IMG/VR virus record: IMGVR_UViG_3300034022_000096
Location: 1 to 54,537 of that record
Source of the DNA: a virus
Lineage: Duplodnaviria > Caudoviricetes
Direction: 5' to 3' (one strand)
Length of the DNA: 54,537 bases
In this document: one piece after another, positions 37,486-45,961 of the stretch
Position numbering within the stretch: the stretch's first letter is position 1
How the letters are laid out: every line of letters begins with the position of its first letter
Translations under genes and position numbers: made by a program
Notes under the pieces: model-generated
Databases searched by the model: none
Told to the model about the DNA's origin: nothing
The model's input: only the letters and a program-made list of their open reading frames with translations

Positions 37486-38367
37486 TCAGAAGTTGAACTT
37501 GTCGAGGATGGCGTCTACGTTTCTCTTGACGTCTTGACGGATAGCCTCATTCTTTCGCAGATCCGTAGGAGTAACCCCCACAAGTAACTGCTCTAACTGA
37601 CTACGTGCAGTCTCAAGGGTAACGTCATTGGTTACGTTCAATGCCTTAGTGAGATCACACAACTCTAGCGCACCATCGACAAGCGTGTCGTGGAAGCGCC
37701 TTTGCTTAGCCTCACCGCCTACATAGTCAGTCGTCAGTCTATCTGACATACGTTTGAGGTGGGTGCTAAGTCTCTCACGCACATCTGCCATAGCAGAGTC
37801 GATGCGTTCCTGTGTCAGAGATTCAAGGCGAGCCTTGAGTTCTGCCTGTGCTTGGTTGCCCACATCTACGCGGAAGTCACCCGATGATGGGACTGGCATG
37901 TAGTTAACGCGGAACGAGAACTTAGTCATCATCTCATTAGCGGATGGGTAGTCATCTCTCTTGAACATGTCACCGAGAGCTAATGCCTGCGCTGTGATAA
38001 GCGTAGGGTAGATAACAACGAAAGCCTTGACCAGTGCCTCCATCTCTTCCTCGAAGTCATTCATGCGCTCAGTGAACTTCATGAAGTTGACAGTAGGTAA
38101 GAGACGCAGACCTGAGTCAGACCAAGGTGCTGTGTTGTCGTACACGAATTGACGTGCGCGACCGACCGCCTGTTGGATGATGTCCAACTCGGTGCGACCT
38201 GCGAGCAGGTGCTTGTTGACACGGGCGGCATCTTTAGCCCCCGCGTTCTTGCTTGCCACCACTTCACTGGTGGTAGTCTTGTCTAGCTTGCGTGCTGTCC
38301 ACACAGAAGCGTTGAACTCCACAAGCATTGCGCATGTGTCGATGTTGAGGCGAGGTGTAGTTGTCAT
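37486..38367 (-). CDS. conserved phage protein (DUF3150-like)
   Basis: W.ARKLD, T.PW.DSG.RLLP and F...DYPS motifs; follows the AAA gene. Confidence 0.65.
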   Translation of the reverse strand: MTTTPRLNIDTCAMLVEFNASVWTARKLDKTTTSEVVASKNAGAKDAARVNKHLLAGRTELDIIQQAVGRARQFVYDNTAPWSDSGLRLLPTVNFMKFTERMNDFEEEMEALVKAFVVIYPTLITAQALALGDMFKRDDYPSANEMMTKFSFRVNYMPVPSSGDFRVDVGNQAQAELKARLESLTQERIDSAMADVRERLSTHLKRMSDRLTTDYVGGEAKQRRFHDTLVDGALELCDLTKALNVTNDVTLETARSQLEQLLVGVTPTDLRKNEAIRQDVKRNVDAILDKFNF

Positions 38368-38385
38368 GATAAGAACTCCTTGTGA

Positions 38386-39510
38386 TTACTTGGTTGAGAA
38401 AAAGATTTTGTGTTCAGCCAACATGCGACCGAACTCATTGATCGTAGCGAACATAGCCACACGCTGACTTGTTGCCACTGTGTTGCAGAAGATCGACTGC
38501 ATCTCTGCACGCATACGCCACACGTACTTGACGATGGCTTCTGCTTCTGTCCTGTCCGCTACGCGAGTAACGAACTGGAATACCTGAATCAACTGCGCCG
38601 TAGGGTTGTCGGACAGCGGTGCTGTGTCAGGTGATTTGATAACGCGAGAGTACTCGCAGATCTCACGACCGAAGCGAATGAACGATGACAATGCCTGTGC
38701 AGTAGTAGCACCGACAGTACCAACGAGAGCCGCCTCAAGTGTGTCGTCATCGAGAACACCAAGACCCGCATCGAGGATGTCACTAGCGGCAACCAACGAG
38801 CGAGGTGTAGCGTATGCAAGTTGCATAGACTTGGGGTTGAAGATGAAGCCGTTGTCTTTGGACAAGTCCTTGCCCTCGAACATACCGCCCTTCTCGTAGT
38901 CAAGGAACGATTGCATAACGCGTGGCTCGTTGCTGACGAAAGCAATAATCATTGGGTTGACACGATTGTCAGTAGCCCACTTGACCCACTCGTCAGCGCT
39001 AGGCTTACGCATCTTGACGAACACCAGACGATTACGCAAGTGTGCTTGAATGGAATCACCAAGACCCTCGATGGATAGATTGGTGAAGCACACGACCACA
39101 CTACCCTCAGGCATGCTTAGATTGCCGACCCTGCGCTCATAGATGATCGGAGCCAATACATTCTTGATGAACTGCGGTGCCTTGGCGATCTCATCAAGAC
39201 CTACGAGGATAGGCTTGGAGTTGTTGACACCGAGTTGATTGGATGCGCTGACACCGAAGCGCTCGTTGGGTAACTCACGAGACACGCCATTCTCACGATC
39301 GAGGTCAGGCATCCACACAGAGCCGTCAGACAACTGAGTGCAGTCAATAGGTTGCACAGCGATGTGGTCAGCAAACTTGGGTAGCTTGCGTAGCATGTGG
39401 AAGAGGGCAGTTTTGCCGATGCCGTTCTCGCCCTCCACAATGACTGTGCGCTTGTCACCGACAGCGGCAATGAGGGAAACAACTTGTGATGCGGATAAGA
39501 ATTGATTCAT
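38386..39510 (-). CDS. MoxR/CbbQ-like AAA+ ATPase
   Basis: GENGIGKT Walker A, VGLDE Walker B, LRNR arginine finger, ATPRS sensor. Confidence 0.85.
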   Translation of the reverse strand: MNQFLSASQVVSLIAAVGDKRTVIVEGENGIGKTALFHMLRKLPKFADHIAVQPIDCTQLSDGSVWMPDLDRENGVSRELPNERFGVSASNQLGVNNSKPILVGLDEIAKAPQFIKNVLAPIIYERRVGNLSMPEGSVVVCFTNLSIEGLGDSIQAHLRNRLVFVKMRKPSADEWVKWATDNRVNPMIIAFVSNEPRVMQSFLDYEKGGMFEGKDLSKDNGFIFNPKSMQLAYATPRSLVAASDILDAGLGVLDDDTLEAALVGTVGATTAQALSSFIRFGREICEYSRVIKSPDTAPLSDNPTAQLIQVFQFVTRVADRTEAEAIVKYVWRMRAEMQSIFCNTVATSQRVAMFATINEFGRMLAEHKIFFSTK

Positions 39511-39533
39511 GATAAAGATCTCCAAAGATTAAG

Positions 39534-40736
39534 TTAAACAGAAATGTGCAAGACTTTGCCATAGGTAGGAACGAATGACTCGTTCTCTACCACACCCCAC
39601 AGAGATGGCATTGGGGTATTCGGGGTATCGCAACCAAGGTAACCATCTGTCAACCAGACGATTGCCCGAGCGTCGATCTTGTGTTCCTTGATGTAGTCGA
39701 CAACAACATCAGGAGTAGTACCGCCACCGCCCTTGGGGTTCATGAGCGAAGCGATCTGTTCATAGTCAGCAGGCTTGAAGGCTTGGTCACCACATACAGT
39801 AGTGTCCCACCACAACACACGCACACCCGCAGGCTTGGTGATGTTGCAGATGCGAGCGATCTCACCGAACAGCAGACGATAGTAAGGATACATAGAGCCC
39901 GATGTGTCGACAGCAAGTATCAACTCACCGACTGACTCTGTGAAGTGCGATGGCATAACGAAGCCCGAAGCGAGCAAGCGTTTGTTGGGAGGACAGAAGC
40001 GTGAGTTGTCATCACCCGCAGAGATAGAACTAATCCATTCCTGCAATGCCTGCTTCCAGTCAGTCATGCGTTCCTTGGCAGTGCCTAAGATGTCACGACC
40101 ACCGCCCTCTTTACCCGCAAGCTTACGTGCAAGTATCTCGCCTTGACGATTGGCATCGTCGATCTGCTTGCCAAGCTTGTCTTGCTCGACTGGGTTGTCA
40201 TCGAACTCACCATCCTCATGTGCATCGAGGGGCTCATCGAAGTCACCACCGCCCTCGTTGTCACCCTTACCACCCGAGGGTTCCTTACGCCCACTCTTGA
40301 TGAGATCGTTGAGCACCTGCGGGAATGACCAACCGAAGTACTTGCGATCAATGCACAACGACTCAGTAGGACGCTCGACAAACTTGAAGTCAGGGTCGAG
40401 TTCCTCGATGAGTGCATTGACCACATAGTCGTGTGCTATGTTGGTAAGCTTGGGCATCTTGCGTGTGTACTCTTTGAACAAGATGCAGTGCTTGAGTGCA
40501 ACGTGAAAGTTCTCGTGCAGTACAAGGTAGCGCATCTGCTTGCGGTTGAGTGGCGTAATGAAGTCAGCGCCATACTTCTTGTCACGACCATTGGTAGCGG
40601 CAGTACGTACCTTGGTAGACACCTCGCTCTTACCTAGCATGATGACGCCTGACAGCAAGGCGAACTTAGGGTGACGCATACAGTCAATGTTTGCGGCTTG
40701 GACTCTCTGATTGAGAGTCATCTTCTCATAGCTCAT
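39534..40736 (-). CDS. metallopeptidase-VWA protein (DUF2201-like)
   Basis: TAATNG, LHENFH (HExxH), DTSGS MIDAS, GGGGT and LTDG motifs. Confidence 0.85.
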   Translation of the reverse strand: MSYEKMTLNQRVQAANIDCMRHPKFALLSGVIMLGKSEVSTKVRTAATNGRDKKYGADFITPLNRKQMRYLVLHENFHVALKHCILFKEYTRKMPKLTNIAHDYVVNALIEELDPDFKFVERPTESLCIDRKYFGWSFPQVLNDLIKSGRKEPSGGKGDNEGGGDFDEPLDAHEDGEFDDNPVEQDKLGKQIDDANRQGEILARKLAGKEGGGRDILGTAKERMTDWKQALQEWISSISAGDDNSRFCPPNKRLLASGFVMPSHFTESVGELILAVDTSGSMYPYYRLLFGEIARICNITKPAGVRVLWWDTTVCGDQAFKPADYEQIASLMNPKGGGGTTPDVVVDYIKEHKIDARAIVWLTDGYLGCDTPNTPMPSLWGVVENESFVPTYGKVLHISV

Positions 40737-40763
40737 AGTGCTTCTCCTGTTTTGTTTAAAGAA

Positions 40764-40799
40764 ATTATAGCATAGGTTGTCAAAGACTTGACAACCTAT
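40764..40799 (-). promoter_or_regulatory. extended -10 promoter overlapped by a perfect 12-bp-arm inverted repeat
   Basis: TGCTATAAT on the minus strand; ATAGGTTGTCAA-AGAC-TTGACAACCTAT at 40772-40799. Confidence 0.65.
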
Positions 40800-40817
40800 C
40801 GGAAACCCTGATGTTAC

Positions 40818-41798
40818 TCAGGTGTGGATATTACTACGTGGGTATTCAGAATTTCTAGGGAATTGTTTCACCTCCTCTGGTTTCTTAAGTGAGTTACTGC
40901 CAACGTATTTCTGTATCCTGTCAAGGATGGCACGCCTGAACTCGACCATCTCAATAGGCTTCTTCAAGTCATCGATTGAACTTGTGGTCTGACTGCGAGA
41001 GTACCAGTTGCCTTGGATGTGGAAGTCCTCTTGGTCAGCACCACGCTTGGATGCGATGATGTTGTATGCACTCTGACACATCTCAAAGAACACATCGATG
41101 TCCTGTTGCCGTGGCTCGGGGTCATTCCACATCTCTTGTATCGCCATGTAGTACTCGCGGTTGTATCCCTCACCACCGAACGCTTGACCATACTTGTAGT
41201 CAAGCTTGCACTCAGCTTTGAACTCTGGCATACGCATCTGCGCAAGCATGATGTAGGGCTCGAAGTGTGCGGCAACCTTAGCCTTGAACTGGCGGACATC
41301 TTTGTCCGCGACTAGTCGGTAGTGCTTGGTGTGCTCAGACTGCGTAGGGTCTAGCAAGCCATCGACAAACACAGCGTCTAAGCTGAACGGCGTATCTCTG
41401 TCGCCGTCAACCATAAACGCCTTGGTGTAGATGGGCATGATGATTAGCTCGTCTGCGTGTGTTGTGTGGTCACGCCAGTCGACGTTCACACCAAGGTCAA
41501 CACGTAGTGTGTGACGCATGAACTGCTGACTAGTCTGCGATGAGTGACCCATGTACAGCCTACGCTCAACACGTTTGCCATCCACTACCTTGGGCTCGTA
41601 GAACCGCGCCATCACAGTCTGATACAGCTTGACGTCGAAGTACTTGCCATACTCATTACTGCCCTCGATGAGTCGGTGTTCTGAGCGTGGCTTGGGGTCA
41701 AGTGGTCGCTCGTTGGGTTGCCACGCACTACTGCGTACTGCACCTCGCATTGCAAATGTGCCTACTGCCTCGTCATAGTTTTTACATACGTATGCCAT
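40818..41798 (-). CDS. hypothetical early protein
   Basis: 326-aa ORF with AGGAG RBS. Confidence 0.75.
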   Translation of the reverse strand: MAYVCKNYDEAVGTFAMRGAVRSSAWQPNERPLDPKPRSEHRLIEGSNEYGKYFDVKLYQTVMARFYEPKVVDGKRVERRLYMGHSSQTSQQFMRHTLRVDLGVNVDWRDHTTHADELIIMPIYTKAFMVDGDRDTPFSLDAVFVDGLLDPTQSEHTKHYRLVADKDVRQFKAKVAAHFEPYIMLAQMRMPEFKAECKLDYKYGQAFGGEGYNREYYMAIQEMWNDPEPRQQDIDVFFEMCQSAYNIIASKRGADQEDFHIQGNWYSRSQTTSSIDDLKKPIEMVEFRRAILDRIQKYVGSNSLKKPEEVKQFPRNSEYPRSNIHT

Positions 41799-41803
41799 GA
41801 TAA

Positions 41804-42223
41804 TTACTCCTGTTCTAAAGTTGATGTTGATTCCCCTGTGGGGATTGTTGGAAACGATGTGTTAACTGCATGTGTTGTGGTGATGTAATCCCACAAGTCA
41901 CCATCATCGTCGTCTTCATTGCACACTTGAGCGCCGTCTTCTCCAACGCTGATAAACCTATACTTACCTCCCTTCTTTCCATAAATTAATACTGCATCTT
42001 TCATCAGTTGATGATGCGCTTGCACATCCTCGAACGAGTCGTACCACTTAACGCTCTCTTGCTTAAAGGTAATGATCGGGTCGTGCTTGTACCCATACTC
42101 ACACTCATTGATTGCTTGCGTAATCGGCGGTTCATTCTTCGCAAGCATTAGCGTTACGAAGTTGTCGCGTGTCTCGATGTCATCGAACTTAATGACATAC
42201 GCTACGTCTGATCTATATCCCAT
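41804..42223 (-). CDS. hypothetical early protein
   Basis: MGYRSDV...KWY....V...GEDG motif; GGAG RBS. Confidence 0.75.
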   Translation of the reverse strand: MGYRSDVAYVIKFDDIETRDNFVTLMLAKNEPPITQAINECEYGYKHDPIITFKQESVKWYDSFEDVQAHHQLMKDAVLIYGKKGGKYRFISVGEDGAQVCNEDDDDGDLWDYITTTHAVNTSFPTIPTGESTSTLEQE

Positions 42224-42887
42224 GGTGATCTCCCTCTATTAGTGTTCCGTGGTTATCGAAGCGCCATCCATTGATGTCGCACAGGTCTATGAAGTACTCT
42301 TCACTTGTGTAAGCTTCGTACTCTTCTTTGAGTTGTTTGTATATGCCATCGGCATAAGCTCGCGCTCTGCTCAGCACCCACCCATCGAGGTCATTGAACA
42401 GATGGTCGGTATCAATAGAGTTGGCTAGCTCTTTCACATTAGCGCCCTCCAAGATACCTCTGTCCATGACTGAGTCGTCATCTGCGTAGTCGATGCGATC
42501 GTCTAAGCCCTCGGTAACCATAGTCCCGCTGTGGCTGTAGTAGAACGCATGCCTGTTGACGTTGACCTTCTCTTCGCACCACCCATCGCGTATCAACTCT
42601 CTCAGTACAACGTACTGTGCAAAGTCTTTCGCATCTGGGTCGTTGTGGTACTCAATGAAGTCAGCGAGATCAACATGCCCAGTCCATGATGCGCCATCAC
42701 CTTGCGATGAGAAGCCATTGAACTGAATCTCGTTGATTGAAAACCCCCTTGCGGGGGCATCCTCTTTAGCTCGTGCGTAGATCTCTTCGTACCAATCATC
42801 GGGCGGTTGCCCGTACTCAGAGATAGCGTTCTGCTTGGCTCGGTATGCGAGTTGTTGAAACGCAAGTGATTGCGTGGTTGTGTCCAT
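42213..42887 (-). CDS. acidic hypothetical early protein
   Basis: GFSSQGDGASW, YSHSGT and IYKQL.EEYE motifs; GGAGG RBS. Confidence 0.75.
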   Translation of the reverse strand: MDTTTQSLAFQQLAYRAKQNAISEYGQPPDDWYEEIYARAKEDAPARGFSINEIQFNGFSSQGDGASWTGHVDLADFIEYHNDPDAKDFAQYVVLRELIRDGWCEEKVNVNRHAFYYSHSGTMVTEGLDDRIDYADDDSVMDRGILEGANVKELANSIDTDHLFNDLDGWVLSRARAYADGIYKQLKEEYEAYTSEEYFIDLCDINGWRFDNHGTLIEGDHHGI

Positions 42888-42897
42888 GATTCCTCCA

Positions 42898-43320
42898 TTA
42901 GTCTACTGATACAGAGAACGTGATGTTGTCCTTGATCTCGGTGCGAATCATCTCAGTCAAGTCAAGCTGATCTATTGCCGAGGTAACCGCATCATTGACC
43001 TTGTCATCGAAGTCGAAGTCATTGACCTCAGTATTCGCAATGTCGCGGATGTCATCTTCCGATACGTGGTACTCGCCATCGGTGTGATCGCTGACCACAC
43101 TCTCTGCAACATCTTGGGCTATCTCGCGTATCTTGTTCTCGAAGCCATCGTCGATAGTTCGCAGGGTGCTGTGGTTGAGCATGATCTCGTTGACCTGTGC
43201 TGACACAATGTCTTTGATGTAGTTCTCAACGAGCGCCATGAGCGTGGTCATCAGCGCCGAAGTAGGCATTGATGGTTGAGTGACTTCGGGTTGTGTTGTT
43301 TGAACTGTGTTTTGTTCCAT
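42898..43320 (-). CDS. very acidic hypothetical early protein
   Basis: GGAG RBS before MEQNT; Asp/Glu-rich C-terminal half. Confidence 0.7.
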   Translation of the reverse strand: MEQNTVQTTQPEVTQPSMPTSALMTTLMALVENYIKDIVSAQVNEIMLNHSTLRTIDDGFENKIREIAQDVAESVVSDHTDGEYHVSEDDIRDIANTEVNDFDFDDKVNDAVTSAIDQLDLTEMIRTEIKDNITFSVSVD

Positions 43321-43336
43321 GATAAATCTCCAAAAA

Positions 43337-43361
43337 GTTGCGGACAAATTGTCCGTGAGTT
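43337..43361. repeat. quasi-palindromic repeat, copy 1
   Basis: GTT-GCGGACAAATTGTCCGT-GAGTT. Confidence 0.8.
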
Positions 43362-43407
43362 AAAAGCGTGGCGGGATGCCACAAAGATAGGATGACCGAT
43401 CCTTCTA

Positions 43408-43500
43408 TTACCCTCCTCTCCAATAGAACAGGTCAAGGATTAAAACAATGATGGCTAGTAAGACCACCGCCCTTTCTAGAATTTCCCATTTAGTGTGCAT
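43408..43500 (-). CDS. 30-aa membrane peptide (not in ORF track)
   Basis: MHTKWEILERAVVLLAIIVLILDLFYWRGG; GGAG RBS. Confidence 0.6.
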   Translation of the reverse strand: MHTKWEILERAVVLLAIIVLILDLFYWRGG

Positions 43501-43789
43501 TGCGTATCTCCGTTAAGTGGTACTTGTAGATGTTGTGTCCCATTAGCGTGAAGCTCTCGCCATAGGTGCGTAGTAAGTGGCTAAGACTCCCCGCTGTGAA
43601 CTCGGACGAAGCGAACCCCTTCAAGTCGTATGCGGCAAAGCACATCAGGAAGTCGAGCAGTTGGTAGTCGTCCTCTTTGATAGGCTTGATGCGTGGGGGT
43701 ACGAACTTGATGTACTTGGGTTTGAATATGAACGGGTTGTCCATACCCGCCTTCACCCATTCTTTCTTTGTTGGCTTAGTTATCACCAT
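43490..43789 (-). CDS. hypothetical protein
   Basis: AAGGAG RBS. Confidence 0.65.
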   Translation of the reverse strand: MVITKPTKKEWVKAGMDNPFIFKPKYIKFVPPRIKPIKEDDYQLLDFLMCFAAYDLKGFASSEFTAGSLSHLLRTYGESFTLMGHNIYKYHLTEIRNAH

Positions 43790-44438
43790 TTTTCTCTCCT
43801 TCAGTTATGCCCATCTCTGGGCGGTACGTTATGAGCAAGGGTATCTTGCTCTCCTTGAATATCGGCGGTAGTCCCGCCCACATCTCGCGCACTATGGCGA
43901 ACACGTTGGGGTGTAGGTAGTCAGCCCACCTTGCGCTCTGTGGTCGGCGTGGGTTGGTCATGTAGCTGTATTCGGTATGTGCCTTCTCGTGTTTGAGAAT
44001 CGCGTGGTATCTAAAGTAGAACTCTGCCTTGTCGACATAGCCCTTGTCTTTGGCATATTCCCATGCCTTCCTTGCGCTTGCTATCTCGCGGGTAATGGGC
44101 GCTAGTGCTGTCCTTAATTCCACCCGCCACACTTTGAGCCACCGCTTACGGGCGGCCATTGCCTGCTTGTTGTGCTCATCTTGCGCTTGCTTTTCTCTGA
44201 GGTGTTTGGCTACAAGCACGTTCATGTCGCCTGTCTGAACCCTGTTGTGTATCTCTTTGGCGCTGAGCTTGGTCGGTGGTTTGCGCTTGGGTCGGCAAGC
44301 TTTGCAGTTCTTGGATTCGAGCGTCATGCGTACATTGCCTGCTCTGCCCCACGCTTTTGACTGTGCGTACGTTGCGAGGTACGTGAACTCGTTGAGGGGG
44401 CGCGACTCCCCACACTTAGCGCATATTTTGATTTGCAT
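43776..44438 (-). CDS. Zn-finger basic protein
   Basis: CAKC...CKAC N-terminus; Lys/Arg-rich. Confidence 0.65.
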   Translation of the reverse strand: MQIKICAKCGESRPLNEFTYLATYAQSKAWGRAGNVRMTLESKNCKACRPKRKPPTKLSAKEIHNRVQTGDMNVLVAKHLREKQAQDEHNKQAMAARKRWLKVWRVELRTALAPITREIASARKAWEYAKDKGYVDKAEFYFRYHAILKHEKAHTEYSYMTNPRRPQSARWADYLHPNVFAIVREMWAGLPPIFKESKIPLLITYRPEMGITEGEKNGDN

Positions 44439-44451
44439 ACTAATGCCTTAT

Positions 44452-44830
44452 AGATTGGGGCTAACTGGCCCACTTGGTTTTGGAACTGGCCCACCATTCG
44501 CCACGCTTACCCACTTGCGGATGACGAGGTCAAACGTAGTATACACGCGGGGTTGCGCTCGATGTGACCAAAATACCCACCATTTTTCAAGAACACTAAG
44601 GCTAACTTGAAAACATGAACGACAAGACACACCCAGCAATACACAAATATATATATCTAAATGAAAATTGTATTTATATATATAGGTATTCTGGACGTGT
44701 ACATCGCAATCGCTAGCATCCATGCGGGTTACGCGATACCCTCGTGTGTGTCCACTCGTGTCAAGTGGTGGGTATGGGCAAAAAAACAACACTTTTACCT
44801 CACTTCTCCACAATACGTTGTGGAGAGATA
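44452..44830. other. putative replication origin
   Basis: About 380 bp with no plausible gene; (AT)n core flanked by nested imperfect inverted repeats and CCCAC-containing direct repeats. Confidence 0.5.
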
Positions 44831-44855
44831 GTTGCGGACAGATTGTCCGCGAGTT
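44831..44855. repeat. quasi-palindromic repeat, copy 2
   Basis: GTT-GCGGACAGATTGTCCGC-GAGTT. Confidence 0.8.
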
Positions 44856-45060
44856 AGAGGAGGCGCAGTTGCTTGGACTCACGCTTGATTTGTTCCCACT
44901 CATTGATGGACTCCTTCGCCTTCTGCTCACGCAGTTGCGCTTTGTATTGCATGACTGCTCGTGGGTCTTTCTCCCACTTGTCACGCATGGCTACGAACTC
45001 TGCTCGTAGTTCTTTCATCTGAGAGAGGGCGTAGTGTTTGTTCTTAGATGACTTGCTCAT
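44854..45060 (-). CDS. small early coiled-coil protein
   Basis: TAAGGA RBS; 68 aa. Confidence 0.65.
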   Translation of the reverse strand: MSKSSKNKHYALSQMKELRAEFVAMRDKWEKDPRAVMQYKAQLREQKAKESINEWEQIKRESKQLRLL

Positions 45061-45064
45061 GATG

Positions 45065-45223
45065 TTATTCCTTAGAGATAAAGATTAAGAATAGACCGCC
45101 TGTGGCGTAGCCTGCAAGCATGAGTAGTGCTTGGCGTATGAAGTTGCCGTCTGTGTCCCAGCCTACGTAGACCGAGCCGAGCAACATGGTTGTGAATACG
45201 AGGGTGCAGAATCTATCTGACAT
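45065..45223 (-). CDS. small 2-TM early membrane protein
   Basis: TAAGGA RBS before MSDRFC; two hydrophobic segments. Confidence 0.6.
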   Translation of the reverse strand: MSDRFCTLVFTTMLLGSVYVGWDTDGNFIRQALLMLAGYATGGLFLIFISKE

Positions 45224-45233
45224 GATGTGTTCC

Positions 45234-45392
45234 TTAGCAGTTCTTGTATTCTTGAACGAGGTTTCCGCCTTGCCACATCTCAACGTGGAGATAGGTTTTG
45301 GTGAGGATGTCGAACAGTACGAGCGCATCGACTGCGTTGTCTGTGCCGTATTCACGGGTGTAGTTTTGATCTCTGAGGATGATTTTGAACAT
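45234..45392 (-). CDS. 52-aa early protein (not in ORF track)
   Basis: TAAGGA RBS; MFKIILRDQNYTREYGT...QEYKNC. Confidence 0.6.
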   Translation of the reverse strand: MFKIILRDQNYTREYGTDNAVDALVLFDILTKTYLHVEMWQGGNLVQEYKNC

Positions 45393-45414
45393 GATGATTC
45401 CTTAGTTGGACATT

Positions 45415-45445
45415 AAAAGAAACAGCGGGCAAACCTCGCCCGCTG
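45415..45445 (-). terminator. intrinsic terminator
   Basis: CAGCGGGC-N7-GCCCGCTG followed by TTTCTTTT on the minus strand. Confidence 0.7.
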
Positions 45446-45458
45446 AACTGGTTGAAAA

Positions 45459-45483
45459 AACTCACGGACAAGTTGTCCGCATC
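45459..45483. repeat. quasi-palindromic repeat, copy 3 (opposite orientation)
   Basis: AACTC-ACGGACAAGTTGTCCGC-ATC. Confidence 0.8.
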
Positions 45484-45874
45484 AGGCTTTCAGTTGCATG
45501 GTTGTGAAACGACGCTTCTCACCGGCGCTGAGCGCTTGCCACTTCTTGAACAATGCGCTGACTGGGTCAACCTTGTTAGCAGTAGCTTTGCCAGTCTTAG
45601 GCTTGGGTGCGTCAGCCTTGGGGTAGCACACTTCCAAAACCCGATTCATTGCTCGCTCTGCGTTAGTGTCACGCTTCACGAACGTCATGCCACGTTGTCC
45701 CATCTTGATAGGTTCGTTGTTGTGGTTCTTAGAAGCCCAGTCCATAGCGAAGGGCTTTGCCTCTGCACGAGATGCGATGCCCAACTCCATTAGCCTGACG
45801 GCAAAACTCGCGGACGATTTGTCCGCATCATTGAACACAGCGTACACAGCAACACGATTGAATGACTTAGTCAT
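45482..45874 (-). CDS. first early gene, basic hypothetical protein
   Basis: GGGAG RBS before MTKSFN; 130 aa. Confidence 0.7.
   Translation of the reverse strand: MTKSFNRVAVYAVFNDADKSSASFAVRLMELGIASRAEAKPFAMDWASKNHNNEPIKMGQRGMTFVKRDTNAERAMNRVLEVCYPKADAPKPKTGKATANKVDPVSALFKKWQALSAGEKRRFTTMQLKA
45805..45829. repeat. quasi-palindromic repeat, copy 4 (intragenic)
   Basis: AACTC-GCGGACGATTTGTCCGC-ATC. Confidence 0.75.
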
Positions 45875-45885
45875 AGATAACTCCC

Positions 45886-45913
45886 AAAAGAAAAACCTCG
45901 CAGACGGGCGAGG
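45886..45913 (-). terminator. intrinsic terminator in the early leader
   Basis: CCTCGC-N6-GCGAGG-TTTTTCTTTT directly before the RBS of the first early gene. Confidence 0.6.
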
Positions 45914-45952
45914 CAAACCGAATCGGCTAGGACGTTCCCAACCGATGCATCT

Positions 45953-45961
45953 AGTATACCA
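45953..45961 (-). promoter_or_regulatory. putative early promoter (extended -10)
   Basis: TGGTATACT on the minus strand; the predicted start near 45946 coincides with the base of the leader hairpin. Confidence 0.55.

Noticed and set aside
44448-44984. 178-aa minus-strand ORF across the origin-like region
   Set aside because: Overlaps a better gene, lacks an RBS and reads through (AT)n repeats; probably spurious.
41287-45829. Palindromic repeats as a CRISPR array
   Set aside because: Copies are 350-2000 bp apart, in mixed orientation and partly intragenic; there are no regular spacers or cas operon.
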